Positions 63,857 through 64,000 of a stretch of DNA of 64,000 bases are shown here, in pieces. The first letter of the stretch is position 1; every line of letters begins with the position of its first letter. Both the position numbers and the translations under genes were made by a program. The DNA lies in IMG/VR virus record IMGVR_UViG_3300044993_000080, positions 1 to 64,000 of that record; one strand, given 5' to 3'. The stretch comes from a virus. Below the pieces are notes generated by a model that searched no databases, was not told where the DNA came from, and worked only from the letters and a program-made list of their open reading frames with translations.

Positions 63857-64000
63857 TCACTTTGCACCCCGTTGCAAAAGCACGTCGAGAACCCATGTTT
63901 CCATGACTAGCACGGTCTTCGGGCTCCGGGACGTGTTATCAATCTCGATCTCCATAACTGGCACCTCGCCTGCCTGAAGCGCGGCGGTCTCAATCTTCTC
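63857..64000 (-). CDS. 3' end of a gene entering from the right edge (possible resolvase-like nuclease)
   Basis: Open frame EKIETAALQAGEVPVMEIEI...LLQRGAK*. Confidence 0.5.
   Translation of the reverse strand, partial: EKIETAALQAGEVPVMEIEIDNTSRSPKTVLVMETWVLDVLLQRGAK

Larger units (their letters stand above)
2811..63876. repeat. Dispersed 14-bp palindrome TGCAAC-NN-GTTGCA (~30 copies)
   Basis: Perfect copies start at 5192, 18484, 21527, 24444, 27439, 28141, 36345, 38663, 40522, 42962, 44134, 45732, 48605, 51969, 54773, 58668 and 62237. One-mismatch copies start at 2811, 10182, 14397, 30675, 32515, 35217, 37164, 47727, 55200, 57051, 57439, 60779 and 63863. Confidence 0.92.

Noticed and set aside
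1-64000. tRNA genes, integrase/repressor, lysis cassette, smpB
   Set aside because: None was recognised by eye in this window. They may lie elsewhere in the genome, and tRNAscan and HMM searches would be needed to exclude them.

Overview
This is a 64-kb slice of a GC-rich lytic-type siphovirus genome, coded almost entirely on the minus strand. The host is most likely alphaproteobacterial, inferred from the type of tmRNA the phage carries. 1-24.4 kb is the virion module: portal, head morphogenesis, XkdF protease, scaffold, capsid, neck, tail tube, G/GT chaperones with a -1 slippery site, tape measure, lambda-like M/L/K/I/J and a tail fibre running off the left edge. 24.4-47.8 kb is an accessory/early block of small genes driven by many sigma70-type promoters. 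47.8-57 kb holds the terminase genes and a ParB/PAPS-reductase/methyltransferase cluster. 57-64 kb holds HNH, DNA ligase, RuvC and PD-(D/E)XK nuclease genes. Four features not shown by the ORF track stand out. (1) A complete circularly permuted two-piece tmRNA with tag ANDNPQETALRLAA. (2) A ~114-nt candidate sRNA whose loop is antisense to a conserved leader/Shine-Dalgarno motif found in at least 12 early mRNAs. (3) About 30 dispersed copies of a 14-bp palindrome TGCAAC-NN-GTTGCA, many just upstream of -35 boxes, with a winged-HTH gene next to the sRNA as candidate binder. (4) A PPAR[TS]R-type peptide shared by many unrelated proteins. All calls were made by eye, with no database searches.
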